Positions 13,601 through 25,806 of a stretch of 64,000 nt of DNA are shown piece by piece (position 1 is the stretch's first letter; each line of letters begins with the position of its first letter). The translations under genes and the position numbers were made by a program. Below the pieces are notes generated by a model. It was given only the letters and a program-made list of their open reading frames with translations. It made no database searches and was not told where the DNA came from. The DNA lies in the NCBI GenBank assembly GCA_951406725.2, contig OX597814.1, positions 95,728,001 through 95,792,000 of the forward strand, written 5' to 3'. Source of the stretch: Octopus vulgaris (Eukaryota).

Positions 13601-16600
13601 CACTCATGCTGTTTTTCTGTTCAATCTATTTACCAACATGTATCTGCACTTCACCTATCTCTTTCATTAGAACTTCCTCCATCACGCTATTTCCTTGATC
13701 ATAGGCTCTTTTCTATAACCACTCTGCCCCAGTTTTCTCACTTTCTACAATCTTTATTCACTCTATCAGTCATATTGCCTACAAGATACAGAGATAATGT
13801 AGAACAGGGCTCTGTAACCAGTAGGTTACAGTGCTGCTACCATAACAAAATGCACCCAGGACACTGTAAGATGATTGGTATTAGAAACTATGTCAGAAAT
13901 GGAGTAAGTGAAACAGGGTTTCTGATCCATCTATAAAGGCATTAAAAACTCCACAAGTCATAGAGCGTAAATGACCTGCTCAAGCAATACCAACATGGAA
14001 AGCAGACATAAAATGAGGATTGTAAACAAACGTTGCAGTTGATGTATTGATCAAATTACATCCTCTTTTTCAGTTGAATGTAAATTTTAGGCTATCTCTT
14101 TTTCTGTACAGAATATCTTCATATAAGGACACACAAATTAAAACACATCAAAGTTATCATAGAACAGGTGGATCCCTGATGAACCATTAGAAACCATCAA
14201 GCTGTTTTTTTTTTGTAAGCAAATATCCGAACATATTCCTTCTAATATCAACCATAATTAATTACTTGACCAAAATAGACAATGTAAAGAAATTTGAACA
14301 AGCCCATAGGCAATACCCAAGTAACCTGCCTTTTAGCATAAATCTTCTAAGTTCAGTAATGGATGTATATAAAAAGAAAATTAAACTTAGATAATTTTGT
14401 GCTGAGAACAGTTTACTTTAGGAAAAACATATTGGAAATATTTAATAACTGCAAAATATGCTGCTTTACTTACAAGAGGGATCTCATCTTCTTCAGAATC
14501 CTCGATGACAGGAGTATTGGTGCCTTCAGCTTGTAGGCTTTGGATACGCAACAGCATAGAGTGGGCAGCAGCTCGTTTTGCACTTTTCTTGGAACGTCCA
14601 GTACCTAAGAATACAATATAACAATTAAATCAAAAATAGGATATAAAACTATGTTTAGATTAACGACAAGACAAAAACTCATTAAAAATTCTTTTAAATT
14701 CTTCTTACTTCATTCTGAAAAGAGAACTAGATTAAAAATACTGAGTTCAAAAGTACACAATAGTACATATGCTACTAATTTTCTAGTTGTAAATAGAGAA
14801 AGTAACTAATAAAATATTACAAATTTCGATGCCCACCCTAACAATCCTACATGGATACATTCTTATGCTAAGCTCGGCAATGTTATATTTTTTTTTTACA
14901 TAAAAGCAACATCTGATGCTCCTAATTTCCAACCACTCTCTTGAATTATTTTAGTTCAGTAAGTTGGTCTAACATAAATTAATGAGAATTATAACAGGTA
15001 TTTACTGATAAAATTTTTTGACATTCCTATAGGATGGGTAGGTCCACACAACAACCTCTCCTTTATCTCTTCAGTACTTCATCCAACCTAAGCTCACTTC
15101 AGAAATCAAGTCTTAATCTAATTCCTTCATTGGTGGGTGACACAGGGTGGAAGAATATCTAGTTACAGCCTAATGTACTTGCTATTTTACAATAAGCTTC
15201 TTTAGATTTATACAATGATTTGAAATCTATTAGCCCTAAACAATTAGCTACTGAAAATACATATTTCAGCATTGTCTGCATCCAAATACACATTTCAGAT
15301 CTCATTGTGAGAATATAGGTTGAAAACAAAAAACAAAATCAATAATTGGCGAGTTAGCAGAAATTTAAGACAGAAGGTTGATTTGTGGAAACTGGTAGCA
15401 AGTCCGTCTAGGTTATAGAAGATGCACAATTTGAATCTGCAGGTAGTTTTCTGCCACTTTTTTTCCACATGAAGGGTTTTTAACTGAATGTATTATAAGC
15501 TATTATCTATAGCTTTATATGTTCTGAGGTACATCATTAACCTTTTTGATACCAACCTATCTAAGATCAGCCCTAGTTCTATGATACAAACCTCCCATTT
15601 TAAAGTGATCTAAATTGAATTCTTCCAAAATTTCATGTTAATTTATATTTCAATCACTAGTTGAATAATGACAAGTTATTTTACTAAATTCTTCATTATT
15701 TTGAAAATTAATGAAAATAAAACAAGTCTATTTTAACAGAATTAAGGTAACAAAAGCATTAATAAGAAATTATTCAAATATATTTTATTCGTTATACCTA
15801 ACAAAAATATTTTATAAATTTTTTAAATTTGGGGAAATTTCCATGATCTCAAGAGTCTACTGGTATTAGAATTAATCAATTTTTAGCAATTTAAAAATAG
15901 CCAAAAGTAAAGATAACAAAAAATTAAGAAAACAAACCTCTTTCTTGGAATTTGCCAAGCTTAACAGTGCAGTAAAATTCACGAGCATGAGGTGGACCCT
16001 GTGGGCTATCTAGGTCATAAATAGGGGGTCGGATGAGATTTTTTTGTGCAAATTCTTGCAGTTCACCAATTGGATTTCCAGGAATGCCTTCTTCTGAAAC
16101 AGGTGATCTTAAAAAAAAATAGAAATAAAATAAAATAAACTAATGAAACTAAAAAGATTAACATAAAAATATCTCTGTGTTACAATAATCATCATCATCA
16201 TTATTGTTTAACGTCTGCTTTCCATGCTGACATGGATTGGATGGTTTGACTGGGGACTGGCAAGCCAGTAGGCTGCACCAGACTCCAATCTGATCTGGCA
16301 AGGTTTCTACAGCTGGATGCCCTTCCTAATACCAACCACTCTGAGATGTTGTGGGTGCTTTTTACGTGCCACTGGCACAAGCATATCAACAAAATAATAA
16401 AAATTTACTGAGATACCATCTTGGTACCTCTAAATATAGCTGACACCCAACAGATTAGTAAGAAAAAATATCTCTGCATAATCTCTCAAAAGAATATGGT
16501 TAAGATTAGTCCCTGGAAAAGTGAAGAACAAATGAACTGCTTAAATTCAGTTGACAACGAACAATTATTTAACAATCCCTTCTACCCATCTAACCTAAAA

Positions 16601-19600
16601 TATTTTGAGGGAACCTGTGGGAGGGGTAGACCCAGGAAGACATGGGATGAGGTGATGAGAAAGGATCTCCAAACATTTGACCTTACTGAGAAGATGATGA
16701 AGGACTGAGACTTCTGGTGATTTGCTGTGTTTCAGAAGACACATCAAGCCAAGTAAAACTGTGGCCATCCATCCATACAGGCCTGTGCTAGTGCCAAGTA
16801 AAAAAACACTTGTGTCAGTGTCACATGAAAGGCACTCAGCCTGGCACCATGTAAAAAGCACCCAATACACACTGTAAAGTGGTTGGCATAAAGAAAGACA
16901 TCCAGCAGTAGAAACCATGCCAAAACAGACAACTGGAACCTGGGCAGCTCTGTGACTAGCCATCTCCTGTCAAACCATCCAACTCATGCCAGCATGAAAA
17001 AGAAAATTGAATGATGATAATGATCAAACAGTTAAGGCATTTACTTCGCAACCATATAGTTTCAAGTTTGCTCCCACTGCAAGCTACCTTAGAGGTAGGT
17101 CTTCTATAATTCCGGGCTGACCAATACCTTATGAGGCAATCTGGTACACAGAAACTGCTCCAGCATGGCCAGTCAAATGACTGAAACAATTAAAAAAAAA
17201 TTATATATATATATATATATATGAATGGATAATTGTATTAATATTCTTTATTTATATTTGCAGATTTCCATATCTAGTGACAGAAGAAACCCCACTGTAT
17301 AATAACATTTGGTAGCCAATACACAAAGAAGAGCCCTGGAAAGCACCCTATAAGGTCTTTAGACAGAAATTAGAATTTGCACAATTATGAGATTACAGGA
17401 AAATAAAATGATTTCTAGCAAAGACAAAACTTTGAAAAATGCTTCAAAGATTGAAGGAAAAAATTTATGTTCTGTAAAAATGCCTAAGTTATTCTGACTA
17501 AAATTACACATGTGGTATGCTACCCATACAAGTTCTTGGTATTTTCTAGTTCTGTTTTATTTTCACTCTAAGTTTGAATGGTGTTGAGATAATTTGGTTG
17601 TCTTTTGTAATCAAGTATGACTGTAGTAGCATGCACAATATATTCACCTTGGTTTAGGATGCCCTTAAATTGCAAGCAGTCAAGATACTGTCTTGACTTT
17701 CACTTCCTTGATACCAGCTGAATCTTAGCCTTTTAGCATTCAGACTATTCTATCAAATTTAACACTTATTTATCCATATTGTCTTGAATTTATCCTGGAT
17801 TATCTTGTAGCTTTGAGATTTCGATTGTGTGACTATATATTTTTTAGATTAACTTTGTAGGGTAGGTGTGAGAGGCTGTATCTGGTCAGTTTTAACATAA
17901 AACAGGAAGAATATTTTGGCTAGATATGACCAGTTTAAATGCTAAAAGGTTGAAGTTGTGACAGCTGGAGAGAGTGAGGGCTGCACCCTTGTACTTTGCT
18001 AGGTACTTTAATACATCAATCCAAGAAGGATGAAGGGCAAAATTATGAAATGATTTGAACTAATAACATAAAAAGCCAAAACAAATACTACAAGGTATTT
18101 TGTCTGACAACTTATCAATTCTGCCAAGTCACAGACCTCGTGCTGAAATACTGTGTTGTAATAAAGAAAATAAACAAACATACTGTCTGCCATCTGGTTG
18201 CTGTTCACTCTTGATGCCAAGAATTTGGTTGTAAGCTGCTAATGCGGCGGCATGCTTAGCCTTCTTCTTACTAGATCCTAAAACAGACAATCAGCAAATT
18301 TCTTCATTTATTACAATTCAAATCAATTCTTTAAGTAATGTTAATGTCAATATGGACAACAGCTATAGTAAATTTTCAGAAGGAAGTCAGCATTTTCAGT
18401 TCCTCCACTGAACACACCAACACAAAATAAACAGACATACACAAATAGATAAAATGTTATCATTTTTTCCCATTTAAGCTGAAATTTTTTGATTATTTTT
18501 GACTACTCAATTATTTCTTGATTTTAATCTCTATAAACTATACAATATATGAATTGACTGTTTGTTAATTGTTCATTACATGAATGAAATGACATTGAAT
18601 TTTCACACACTTTGCAAAATCCTGTTTGTTACCAGTAGAGGCAACAAGTGTCTGAAACTGCTACCTCTTTCTTATTCTAATTATAGAGCCACTACGATTA
18701 CCACTCAGCACTAATTGGGTCACTCAGGTAACAAAAACTATCTAATATATATGTATACATAATGTAAACAACTGGACATACAATAACAAATGAGATAAAT
18801 ATGAATAAAAAAATATATATATAACAAGAAACAAGCTTGAGTTTCAGACCTTATACAATTATCCTCAGCAGAAAAATAACAAAATCACTATTTGAAGCAA
18901 AATAAATCAGAAAGGAGCTATCATATCACCACACTAAAACATTACAATGTGCATTTGCTTCACACAAAATTTAACTGATGTAAACCTAAAATCAATTCAA
19001 ATTTGGATATGAGCTTATATAAATTTTACAAAATATATCATAATGCATTTTCGTAATAATTTTAGTAAGAGTGCTCAATAAATTTGCATAAAACTGTCAG
19101 TTACAGCATAAATAATGCAGTGTAGGAATGCCATTTTAGTGTGATAGTAATAACATTCTGATTTGCTTCCCTTCTGCTCCAATTACCACAGCATGTGTAT
19201 CAGCGATGAAATCTGTAAATAGTCTCCCTCAACTGATGATTACCAAGTAGGATATGAATACTTAAGCTTAGATCTAGATATATAATATGTATTTTAATAT
19301 GTATTGCTTGATTTGTTTTCCTATGCCCTATTACTTACACTAACTTTTATACAAATTTATTGAGCACACTCGTAACTTGATACATTAATATATATATGAT
19401 AGAGAGGGAGTGAGTAGGAAGGAGAGAAAGAAGATCAAATTAGAGTTCATTTTAATACCAACTACCTCTCTGAAAATATATTTTAGAAACTGGCACATCT
19501 CATTTTCAATTTCTAATGGTAAGAAAAATTGAGGCAAATCAATCTGTATGACCTAAAGAAAAAGTCAGTGTACACAAGAGTTACAAGTTACCACCTTGTT

Positions 19601-19859
19601 TATACGGATATAAGTCTTGATAAACCTGGTCACTCTACTTAACTTTTGAGAATTATGAAATAAATATCTATTCATGAAAAAAAAAAAAAAAGTTACCTTT
19701 TCCAGTTGCTACAATTTCACCAACGGTGACCTGCATCATATAAGTGGGCTCATGAGTGGCCCCTTCGTTGGAGATCAAGTCATACTGTGGAGTGAGGCCA
19801 CGCTTAGTACACAATTCCTGCAGGTGACTGATTGGAGTCTTACCTGCCGGAATTGTCAT
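10521..19859 (-). CDS. TARBP2: TRBP/PACT/Loquacious-family dsRNA-binding protein (RISC-loading complex subunit), spliced CDS join(19859-19697,18277-18184,16107-15938,14604-14474,11562-11319,10657-10521), 312 aa
   Basis: Hand splicing gives 939 nt with no internal stop, all introns GT-AG and phases 1,2,1,0,1 compatible. Protein: MTIPAGKTPISHLQELCTKRGLTPQYDLISNEGATHEPTYMMQVTVGEIVATGKGSSKKKAKHAAALAAYNQILGIKSEQQPDGRQSPVSEEGIPGNPIGELQEFAQKNLIRPPIYDLDSPQGPPHAREFYCTVKLGKFQERGTGRSKKSAKRAAAHSMLLRIQSLQAEGTNTPVIEDSEEDEIPLSSEPRLSFYSHLKERVSHSYSKPKQIDKEIQQFYDKVVNSSAKKNNSCMDVKMNYCQMLQEIAEVQRFMLTYHDLSERTTEGFFQCFVQMTVVPVAVCHGTGPTVEEGHGKAAHNALQYLKAVNKT. It has two canonical dsRBDs (GxxH, KKxAK) and a C-terminal type-B dsRBD (VCHG...AA.NALQYLK) typical of TRBP/PACT/Loqs. 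The symbol is family-level, since invertebrates are expected to be co-orthologous to TARBP2 and PRKRA. Confidence 0.93.
10701..10913 (+). mobile_element. piggyBac-type MITE family 2
   Basis: TTAA|CCTTTTCGATAC...GGTAACAAAAAGA|TTAA. Confidence 0.78.
10937..11145 (+). mobile_element. piggyBac-type MITE family 1 (other copies 4058-4592, 17729-17949, 30908-31200, 45580-45799)
   Basis: TIR CCCTTTAGCATT...AATGCTAAAGGG flanked by TTAA-like sites; shared internal sequence across copies. Confidence 0.85.
11319..11562 (-). CDS. TARBP2: Coding exon: linker plus dsRBD3 N-part (…NYCQMLQEIAEVQRF…)
   Basis: Acceptor CTTTTAACAG|AG, donor AAG|GTATGT; 244 nt open frame. Confidence 0.9.
14474..14604 (-). CDS. 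TARBP2: Coding exon: dsRBD2 helix 2 plus acidic linker (GTGRSKKSAKRAAA...EDSEEDEIPL)
   Basis: Acceptor TATTCTTAG|GT, donor CTT|GTAAGT; 131 nt. Confidence 0.94.
15541..15758 (+). mobile_element. piggyBac-type MITE family 2
   Basis: TTAA|CCTTTTTGATACCA...GGTAACAAAAGCA|TTAA. Confidence 0.78.
15938..16107 (-). CDS. TARBP2: Coding exon: dsRBD2 N-part (SPVSEEGIPGNPIGELQE...GPPHAREF...QER-G)
   Basis: Acceptor TTTTTTTTTAAG|A is the only nearby AG that keeps the frame; donor GAG|GTTTGT; 170 nt; NPIGELQE and GPPH motifs. Confidence 0.92.
16188..16380 (-). mobile_element. RTE 3' terminal fragment
   Basis: Same terminal sequence as the other copies; lies ~80 nt from the acceptor of exon 16107. Confidence 0.8.
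16605..17022 (+). mobile_element. RTE 3' end fragment
   Basis: EGTCGRGRPRKTWDEVMRKDL, then 3' UTR and (GAT)n tail. Confidence 0.82.
17729..17949 (+). mobile_element. piggyBac-type MITE family 1
   Basis: CCTTTTAGCATT...AATGCTAAAAGG with the family's internal sequence. Confidence 0.8.
18184..18277 (-). CDS. TARBP2: Coding exon: dsRBD1 helix 2 (GSSKKKAKHAAALAAYNQILG...)
   Basis: Acceptor TTGTCTGTTTTAG|GA, donor CA|GTATGT; 94 nt; KKxAK motif; phase 1 in, phase 2 out. Confidence 0.93.
19697..19859 (-). CDS. TARBP2: Coding exon: dsRBD1 N-part (MTIPAGKTPISHLQE...ATGK-G)
   Basis: Acceptor TTTCCATTTACCTAG|ATG, donor AAG|GTAACT; 163 nt; GKTPISxLQE motif of TRBP/PACT dsRBD1. Confidence 0.95.
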
Positions 19860-19994
19860 CTAGGTAAATGGAAATAGAAACATAAATGAGTGAAAATCAA
19901 AGAAAGATATATTTCAAATAATTATTTGGTTTTACCTGAAGGCAGAAAAAAAAAAAAAACAGGTTATGATTACTGCAAATATTTAAATAAATTT

Positions 19995-20335
19995 CTTTTT
20001 TACTTGTTTCAGCCATGCTGGAGCACTACCTTAAAGAGTTTTAGTCAGTGAAATTGACCCCAGGACTTATTCTTTGTATACCTAGTACTTTTACCAAACT
20101 GCTAAGTTATGGGGACATAAACACACCAGCATTGTCGAGTGATGGCGGTGGGGACAAACACAGACACACAAATATATACATGACGGGCTTCTTTCAGTTT
20201 CCACCTACCAAATTCACTCACAAGGCTTGGTAGGCCTGAGGCTATAGTAGAAGACACTTGCCCAAGGCGCCACACAGTAGAACTGAACCTAGAACAATGT
20301 GGTTGGGAAGCAAGCTTCTTATCACACAGCCACAC
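19995..20335 (-). mobile_element. SINE family A (inverted)
   Basis: Reverse complement of the family sequence, ~135 nt from the exon 19859 acceptor. Confidence 0.85.
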
Positions 20336-21724
20336 GTGTGTCTATCTTTCTTTTTATGGCTTAAGAGCAGACAGTCATTCTTTTATGGTTTTTTTTATAT
20401 ATAAAAGCAAAATTTCATCTGCTCTACAAATTACAAACTGATTTTCAATCAAAACTGAATTGCTTGTATTTTGTGTATGTATATGTATATATGTATGTAT
20501 ATAGAGACACACACATATATATATATATATGATGAACTCTCCTGTCAAAGATGGTGTATGAGTGTTCAGCTTTTTGCCGAACAATCTGCACAAATGATTT
20601 GTTTATAGTGATCAAATGTATGTGCTGTACATTAGCTCACTCTCTCCATCACATCGACACTGTCTGAACAGGTGCACATGTGTACCACACATCAGGTGTC
20701 GAAGTGATGGCAGAGCAACACAAGATGAAGTGTTTTGCTCAAGAATACAATGAACCTGGTCTAGGAATTGAAATCACGATCTAGCTATTGTGAGTGCAAT
20801 ACTCTAAACACAAGGCCATGCACCTTCACACACACAAACACAGAGGCAGAGGTATGGTCAAGTGTATATGGAATTCATTTCATAACCATGTGGTTTCCAG
20901 TTTTATCACATTATAAATATAGCACCTTAAGCAATCAATGTCTTTTGAGAGGGGTAGATAGAGAGAAACTGTATGGAAATCTGCTGCACACTATACACAC
21001 TGTGTGTGTGTTCATGTTCATGCACGGGTATGTTTACCTTCCACATATTTGCATGAAAAATGTTGAGAGAGAACGAAAAAAATAACGACATTCAACAAAT
21101 CAGCCTTTACCTCTCTGTTAGCAAATGCAAGTGGGATGAAAACAAAAGCAAAAAAAAACCTTTACTTGAAAAGCAGGTAAAAGTTAGTGAAATGAACATT
21201 TTGTGTATAAAATATGCCTCAGTAACAAGCATTTATTGAACTCATGCTGTCAAAGGAAAACATGTACAATGAATGCAGATGTTTAAATATATACATGCGT
21301 ATGCTTGTATTGTTATAAAAACTAAACCTATTTTTAAACCAGCATTTTCCACGCCTGTCTGATTTGGATAAGATTTATTGAAGTGGTGTTCTATAGCCAT
21401 ACCTGCTTCTTGCCACTAATCTGCAACTGTTTTTCAAATAAGGTATTTCTATTCAATTGGTCTTTCTTTACATGTTGAACCTCTGAACTATAGGATGCAT
21501 TGCTTACAGGAGATGTGGAAATAAACTATTCATGTACACATTAAAAACACATGCAATCATCGTGACTGTGTGGTAAGAAGCTTGCTTCACAACCACATGG
21601 TTCTGGGTTCAGTCCCACAGTGTGGCACCTTGGGCAAGCATCTTCTACTATAGCCTTGGGCCAATCAAAGCCTTGTGAGTTGGTAGGTGGAAACTGAAAG
21701 AAGCCTGTCATATATATCTATATA

Positions 21725-22029
21725 CAGTACTGTGCAAAAGTCTTTGGCCACTTTAAACTATTGTAAATTTCTACTAATTGTCAAGTTATAAGTGGATGTT
21801 TTGCATTGAATTTTTTACAGATGAAACATTAGCCCTGTTGGAGTCATTCCATACCTAATCATTATATTTTGTAGTAGGGGTTCTGAATGAGAGATGACCA
21901 CCAAAAATGGCAGTGCAAAAGTTTTTGGCCACCTCACATAAACCAATCAAGATACAGTGTTTTAAAACAGAAAAAAATGTCTATAATGAAAATTTATTAC
22001 ATAATGTTCATTTCAAAAAGTTACTGTAC
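21725..22029 (+). mobile_element. Tc1-like transposon end with IR/DR architecture
   Basis: TA|CAGTACTGTGCAAAAGT terminus; outer DR GTGCAAAAGTCTTTGGCCAC (21732-21751) repeated as inner DR at 21913-21932. Confidence 0.7.
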
Positions 22030-22042
22030 ATATGTATATATA

Positions 22043-22455
22043 TGTGGGGTTGTGTGGTAAGAAGCTTGCTCCCCAACCACATGGTTCCGGATTCAGTCCC
22101 ACTTCATTGCAACTTGGGTAAGTGTCTTCTGCTAGAGTTTTGGGTTGACCAAAGTCTTGAGTGGATTTGATAGATGGAAACTGAAAGAAGCCTGTTGTGT
22201 GTGTGTACACACACATGTACATACACACGTGTGTGTGCATGTGTGAGTCTTTGTGATTTTGTTCTCCCATCACCACTTGACAATCGGTGTCGATGTGGTT
22301 ACATCCCCGTAACTTAGTGGATTGACAAAAGAGACCAATAGAATAAGTACAAGGCTTTAAAAAATTAGGTCTTCAGATCAATCTGTTTGACTAAAACTCT
22401 TCAAAGCAGTGCTCCAACATGGCCATAATCAAATGACTGAAACAAATAAAAGAAT
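22043..22455 (+). mobile_element. SINE family A (a 5' half copy also lies at 21558-21710)
   Basis: Family head, core and tail. Confidence 0.85.
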
Positions 22456-23017
22456 ATATACATATCAATATCAAAGAGACTAAAATATTAAGATGTTGTT
22501 GCTGCATAACTTTATTGAAAGTTGCAATCATTTCAAACAGCTAGAAGAACCATTTCATTGTCATACATTGGTTTGTATGCATAATTGATGAATTAATCAA
22601 TTAATGAAATACATTCTCGTCAGAAGTCAGTAGATTTTTCAACAAACATAAACTGTGGTGGAGGTGAGGCTGCATAGCATCAGAGCTTTAAACATTAAGT
22701 ATTCTCCTATCAAGAGATAATTCAGTGGATGAAGATTGTAGATAGCTGATATATCAAATTACTTTCTTTGATTTAGTATGAACTTGCCAATGCCACAGTT
22801 GCTAACAGGTCAATATGTCAAGTTTAAAAGTATTCTAATTCAGTGAATATAGAGAAACAATGGAATTTACTTCTACATATTCACTACTATAATCAATGGA
22901 AGTGTTGTATGTAGATAAGCTAATAGAGATTTGAAAGTAGCTCAAGGAAGAATGTAAGGAGTGCTGACAGATGTATTCGCCTGGATTTCTTCAATTCGTA
23001 TTTTTTGTCACTATCTA

Positions 23018-23435
23018 CATCATCATCATCATTATCGTCATCGTTTAACATCCGTTTTCCATACTGGCATGGGTTGGACAGTTTGACTGAGGTCTGGAGA
23101 GCCAGCGACTGCACTAGGCTCCAATTTGATCTGGCAATGTTTCTACAGCTGGATGCCCTTCCTAATGCCAAACCACTCCCAGAGTGTAGCGGGTGCTTTT
23201 TATGTGCCACCGGCACAGAAGCCAATCAGGCGGGCCTGGTATTGATCACATTTGGATAGTGCTTTTTATGTGTCACCGGCACAGGGGCCACTCAGGGGGT
23301 ACTGGCATTGGCTACGTTTGGATGGTGGCTTTTACATGCCACCTGCATGGGAGCCAGTCAGTGGACCTGACATCAATCACATTCGGATGGTGCTTTTTAC
23401 ATGCCACTGGCACGGGAAGTAGTCAGGGGGCACTG
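23018..23435 (-). mobile_element. RTE 3' UTR fragment with four 66-nt units
   Basis: (CAT)n-CGTTTAACATCCGTTTTCCA terminus; units start near 23191, 23257, 23323 and 23388. Confidence 0.82.
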
Positions 23436-23439
23436 TGTG

Positions 23440-23775
23440 TGAAGACACATGGCTTAATGGTTAGAGCATCGGGTTCACAATCATGAGGTAGTAAGTTTGA
23501 TTTCTGGACCGAGCTGTGTTGTGTTTACGAGCAAGACACTTTATTTCATATTGTTCCAGTTCACTCAGCTGTACAAAAAGTTGCAGCATCACTGATGCCA
23601 AGCTGTATCAGTCTTTGCCATTACCTTGGATAACATTGGTGGCATGGAGAGGGGAGGGTGGTATGCATGGGCGACTGCTGGTCTTCCATAAACAACCTTG
23701 CACTGACTTGTGTATCAGAGATTAACTGTCTAGGTGCAATCTCATGGACAATCATGACTGAAGGGGGTCTTTTAC
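23440..23775 (+). mobile_element. SINE family C
   Basis: A-box-like TGGCTTAATGG, B-box-like GTTTGATTTC, family core. Confidence 0.72.
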
Positions 23776-24284
23776 TTTATATATATAGGTAGATTAGCAT
23801 TAGGAAAGGTATCCAGCTGTTAAGACCAAACCAAATCAGACTGGAACCTCATACAGCTTTTCAGTTTACTACTTCCAATCAAACCATCTAATCTATGTCA
23901 GCATGGAAAACAGACGCTAAATGATATATATATATATATTCCCACCCATGCTAACATGGAAGATGGACGTTAAATGATGATGATGAACACAGATGGGCTG
24001 AGGTTCACTACAGCTGTTTCAGATATGTTCTTCATTGATGAACAATTACAGCATGTAAAAAACTTTTCTTCAGGTGAATTTAGGATTTTTCACACAAACA
24101 GCATATAATGCATATTAATTCTCTCACCTCGGTTACAGTTGAGAGAGTAAATAGAGAATGCTATTTCAAAATAAATATACATGGTAATACATTAATCAAC
24201 ACATTTAAGGGAATGAAATAGAGGAAGGAAAAGAAAGAGAAATAGATGGGGAGAAAAAGGAAAAAGAAAAGACTTTCATCCTCT

Positions 24285-24554
24285 ATTGGCTGTGTGGTAA
24301 GAAGCTCGCTTTCCAACCACATGGTTCCAGGTTCAGTCCCAATGAGTAACACTTTGGGCAAATAGCTACTATTATAGTCTTGGGTTGACCAAAGCTTTGT
24401 GAGTAGATTTGGTAGAAAGAACAAAGACGTCTGTCATGTGTGTGTGTATACATACATATAGTATTAGCAACGTTGTGGTTAGCTGGCATCTGAAACCGAC
24501 TTGAAAAGAAACACAATTACCTCCAGGATAACATATCCCTTTAAGCTTATTTTG

Positions 24555-24597
<43 letters not shown>

Positions 24598-24760
24598 CGT
24601 ATAATTATGTGTGGGTGTGTTTTTATGTCCCTGTAACAGAGACTGATAAAATAAGTACCAGGCTTAAATAAAATAAGTCCTGAGGTCGATTTGTTTGTTT
24701 AAAACCCTTCAAGGCAGTGCCCAAGCATGGCCACAATCAAATGACTGAAACAAGTAAAAG
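24285..24760 (+). mobile_element. SINE family A
   Basis: Family head and tail around an expanded centre. Confidence 0.8.
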
Positions 24761-25431
24761 GTATATATGCATATATACACACATGATGGTACACAGTGGT
24801 ACAGAAATGTCTTTGTGAAAACTGTTTTTATATACATTTTTAATATTATCTTTGCTGTTTTGTTGTGAATATCTTTTGACCTATAGTTTTATCAATATCC
24901 TTATCTAAAGATGAAGCGTCCATAGTCCTAAACACAGTACAAAAATCCTAAAAATAGGATGAAGTACAGAAGGATGACTTCAGGACACAAACCCTTTCAG
25001 ATGAGATGATGAAGGACTGGGATACCTGGCACCTTGCTGTGCTCAAAAAGACATGTACTCCACAGCAGAAGTGTTAAGGCCACTCCAACATAGTGAAGAG
25101 GATTGACCCACAAGAGTCCTGTACCAGTGCCACATGAAAGCAAACATACAGTGCTATGTAAAAGTACCCAGAACACACTGTAAAGTGGTTGGGGTTACGA
25201 AGGGTATCCAGTTGTAGAAAACATTCAGAATCAGACTAGAGCCTGGTGCAGTTTCCCAGTGCTAATCAAACTGTCCAACCCATGTTAGCATAGAAAGCAG
25301 ATGACCATGATTAGCTTAGAACCATATAATTTTGCTTCACCCTTATGATACCAACACACTTGAGGCCATCACAGGTACTATGATACAAACTTTTAAAGTG
25401 ATCTAAATTAAAATTTGCATTTAAATTTTTT

Positions 25432-25585
25432 GGATCTTTTCGGGGTTTATTTACATTTGTGAAGAAAACCCTAACTAACCCTAAAACATATTGAAATGCA
25501 ATAGATCGATACTAGGGTCATAATTATGGGTGACAATTTCATATGACACCACTAGAAAAAACTGTCGTTCAAACCGAAAAGATCC
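25432..25585. mobile_element. Short member of the same GGATCTTTTC-TIR family, nested in a piggyBac-type MITE
   Basis: GGATCTTTTCGG...CCGAAAAGATCC; 9-bp TSD AAATTTTTT. Confidence 0.8.
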
Positions 25586-25779
25586 AAATTTTTTAGTTGT
25601 TTTATGTTCCAAACACCAGATTAATATTGTAGTTATTTTACCATATTCATTATCTTTAATATTAAATTTAAACAAAGGCAGTGTATTTCAATAGAAACAT
25701 GGTAACAAAAGTGTTAAAATTAATTTGGTTCCATTACACAAAACATAAAACAATAATTAGCAAAGAAAATAAAACTCAC

Positions 25780-25806
25780 GGATTCAGGTTGTCCTGTTGG
25801 CGTCAT
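25780..25806 (-). CDS. TARBP2: Putative 27-nt micro-exon encoding an N-terminal extension, MTPTGQPES
   Basis: CTTAAC branch-like motif, then TTTCTTTGTCTCT, then GCATAG|ATGACG...GAATCC|GTGAGT (consensus donor). Phase 0, in frame with the exon at 19859. An alternative upstream acceptor TTTCGTTTCAG| would start the exon at 25856. Confidence 0.62.
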
